Below, in pieces: positions 24,610 through 25,289 of a stretch of DNA of 25,289 bases. This DNA comes from Candidatus Krumholzibacteriota bacterium. Lineage in GTDB: Bacteria > Krumholzibacteriota > Krumholzibacteriia > LZORAL124-64-63. A program made the translations under genes and the position numbers. The DNA lies in assembly GCA_039714075.1 (NCBI GenBank), contig JBDLKA010000048.1, positions 1 to 25,289 on the forward strand, in the 5' to 3' direction. Under the pieces are notes generated by a model that was not told the origin of the DNA, did no database searches, and saw only the letters and a program-made list of their open reading frames with translations. How positions within the stretch are numbered: the first letter of the stretch is position 1; each line of letters begins with the position of its first letter.

Positions 24610-24855
24610 TTCTTTCCGCTTTTCGGCTTGCCGCCCTTGAGTCTCTTCTGCACGGATTTCTTGAGCTCTTCTTCATCCCGGTCCAGGGCCTTCAGGATCT
24701 GCAGGGCCTGTTCCCTGGTCAATTCCTCGGTTTCGGATTCGGTGGGCTCCTGTTCTTCTTCGGATTGATCCGCCTGGTCCTGCTCCTGTTGTTCCTGCTG
24801 TTCCTGTTCCTGCTGATCTTGTTCCTGCTGATCTTTGCAATCACCATCCTGCAGA
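24603..24855 (-). pseudogene. 3' fragment of a BatC-like gene (Gln/Glu-rich linker and C-terminal helix); 5' part absent
   Basis: QDGDCKDQQEQDQQEQEQQ...ELTREQALQILKALDRDEEELKK...KKW matches the BatC-type C-terminus and sits in the expected position before batD. The upstream in-frame sequence is antisense to an SDR. Confidence 0.7.
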
Positions 24856-24858
24856 TGA

Positions 24859-25289
24859 AGCTCTCGCGGGCGAATCGTGGCGGCCGACGTCGCGCGCCGT
24901 GAGGACATCGGGGCGTTGATGGAAGGCACCGTCAAGGCCTTCGGCCCGCCGACGATCCTGGTCAACAACGCCGGCATCGCGGTGTTCGAGGATCCGCTGC
25001 TCCTGGACCAGGAGCAATGGGATCGCTGCTTCAGCGTCGACCTGGACGCCGCCTGGTGGGTCAGCCAGGCCGTCCTCCCCCACATGCTCGCCAAGGAACG
25101 TGGCGCCATCGTCAACATCGCCTCCTCGCACTCGTTCCAGATCATCCCGGGTTGTTTTCCGTATCCCGTGGCCAAGCACGGGCTCATCGGCCTGACCCGG
25201 GCACTGGCTGTCGAGTACGGCGCCCGGGGTATCCGCATCAACGCCATCTGCCCGGGCTACGTCGAGACGCAGGGCGTGCGCGACTACTT
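24859..25289 (+). CDS. Short-chain dehydrogenase/reductase fragment (N-terminus missing, runs off the window)
   Basis: Frame including codon 24901 reads IVAADVARREDI...ILVNNAGI...GAIVNIASSH...YPVAKHGLIGLTRALAVEYG..GIRINAICPGYVET (NNAG and YxxxK motifs). In-frame TGA at 24856-24858. No TGxxxGxG motif. Not in the supplied ORF track. Confidence 0.85.

Noticed and set aside
24603..25247. 214-aa minus-strand ORF as one real protein
   Set aside because: Its first ~130 residues are the antisense of the SDR. Only the Gln/Glu-rich C-terminal part is BatC-like.
1..25289. CRISPR array, IS/integrase, prophage, rRNA or tRNA genes
   Set aside because: I saw no regularly spaced repeats with unique spacers, no transposase, integrase or phage-like ORFs, and no rRNA or tRNA signatures.

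Overview
GC-rich bacterial chromosomal window. The gene set (Bat proteins, DUF4384-type exported protein, several sigma-54 activators) suggests an uncultured FCB-affiliated lineage, but this is inference only. From about 9.2 kb to 24.6 kb the content is mostly housekeeping: rlmN, Rrf2 regulator, mutY, long-chain acyl-CoA ligase, CDF transporter, M28-PDZ peptidase, B3/B4 protein, rfbB/rmlB, BtpA, tdk, HDOD protein, queD and a BatD-BatE-like fusion. The most interesting part is a minus-strand block at about 0.2-9.1 kb. In transcription order it holds an orphan NtrC/NtrX-type regulator, a 110-aa secreted acidic peptide gene, a 1036-aa TPR-GAF-AAA+-HTH sigma-54 activator without a receiver domain, and an intrinsic terminator. 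Next come a correctly spaced sigma-54 promoter driving an unannotated, heavily structured transcript of about 320 nt that ends in a U9 terminator, and a second sigma-54 promoter driving a lipoprotein plus a DUF4384/CxxCH/disordered-tail protein. I propose this as a candidate peptide-sensing sigma-54/sRNA signalling module, with an RRNPP-like input and a LuxO-Qrr- or Pxr-like output. At about 24.86 kb a 5'-truncated batC-like gene is joined back-to-back to a 5'-truncated SDR gene, which looks like an assembly or amplification chimera, or a rearrangement.
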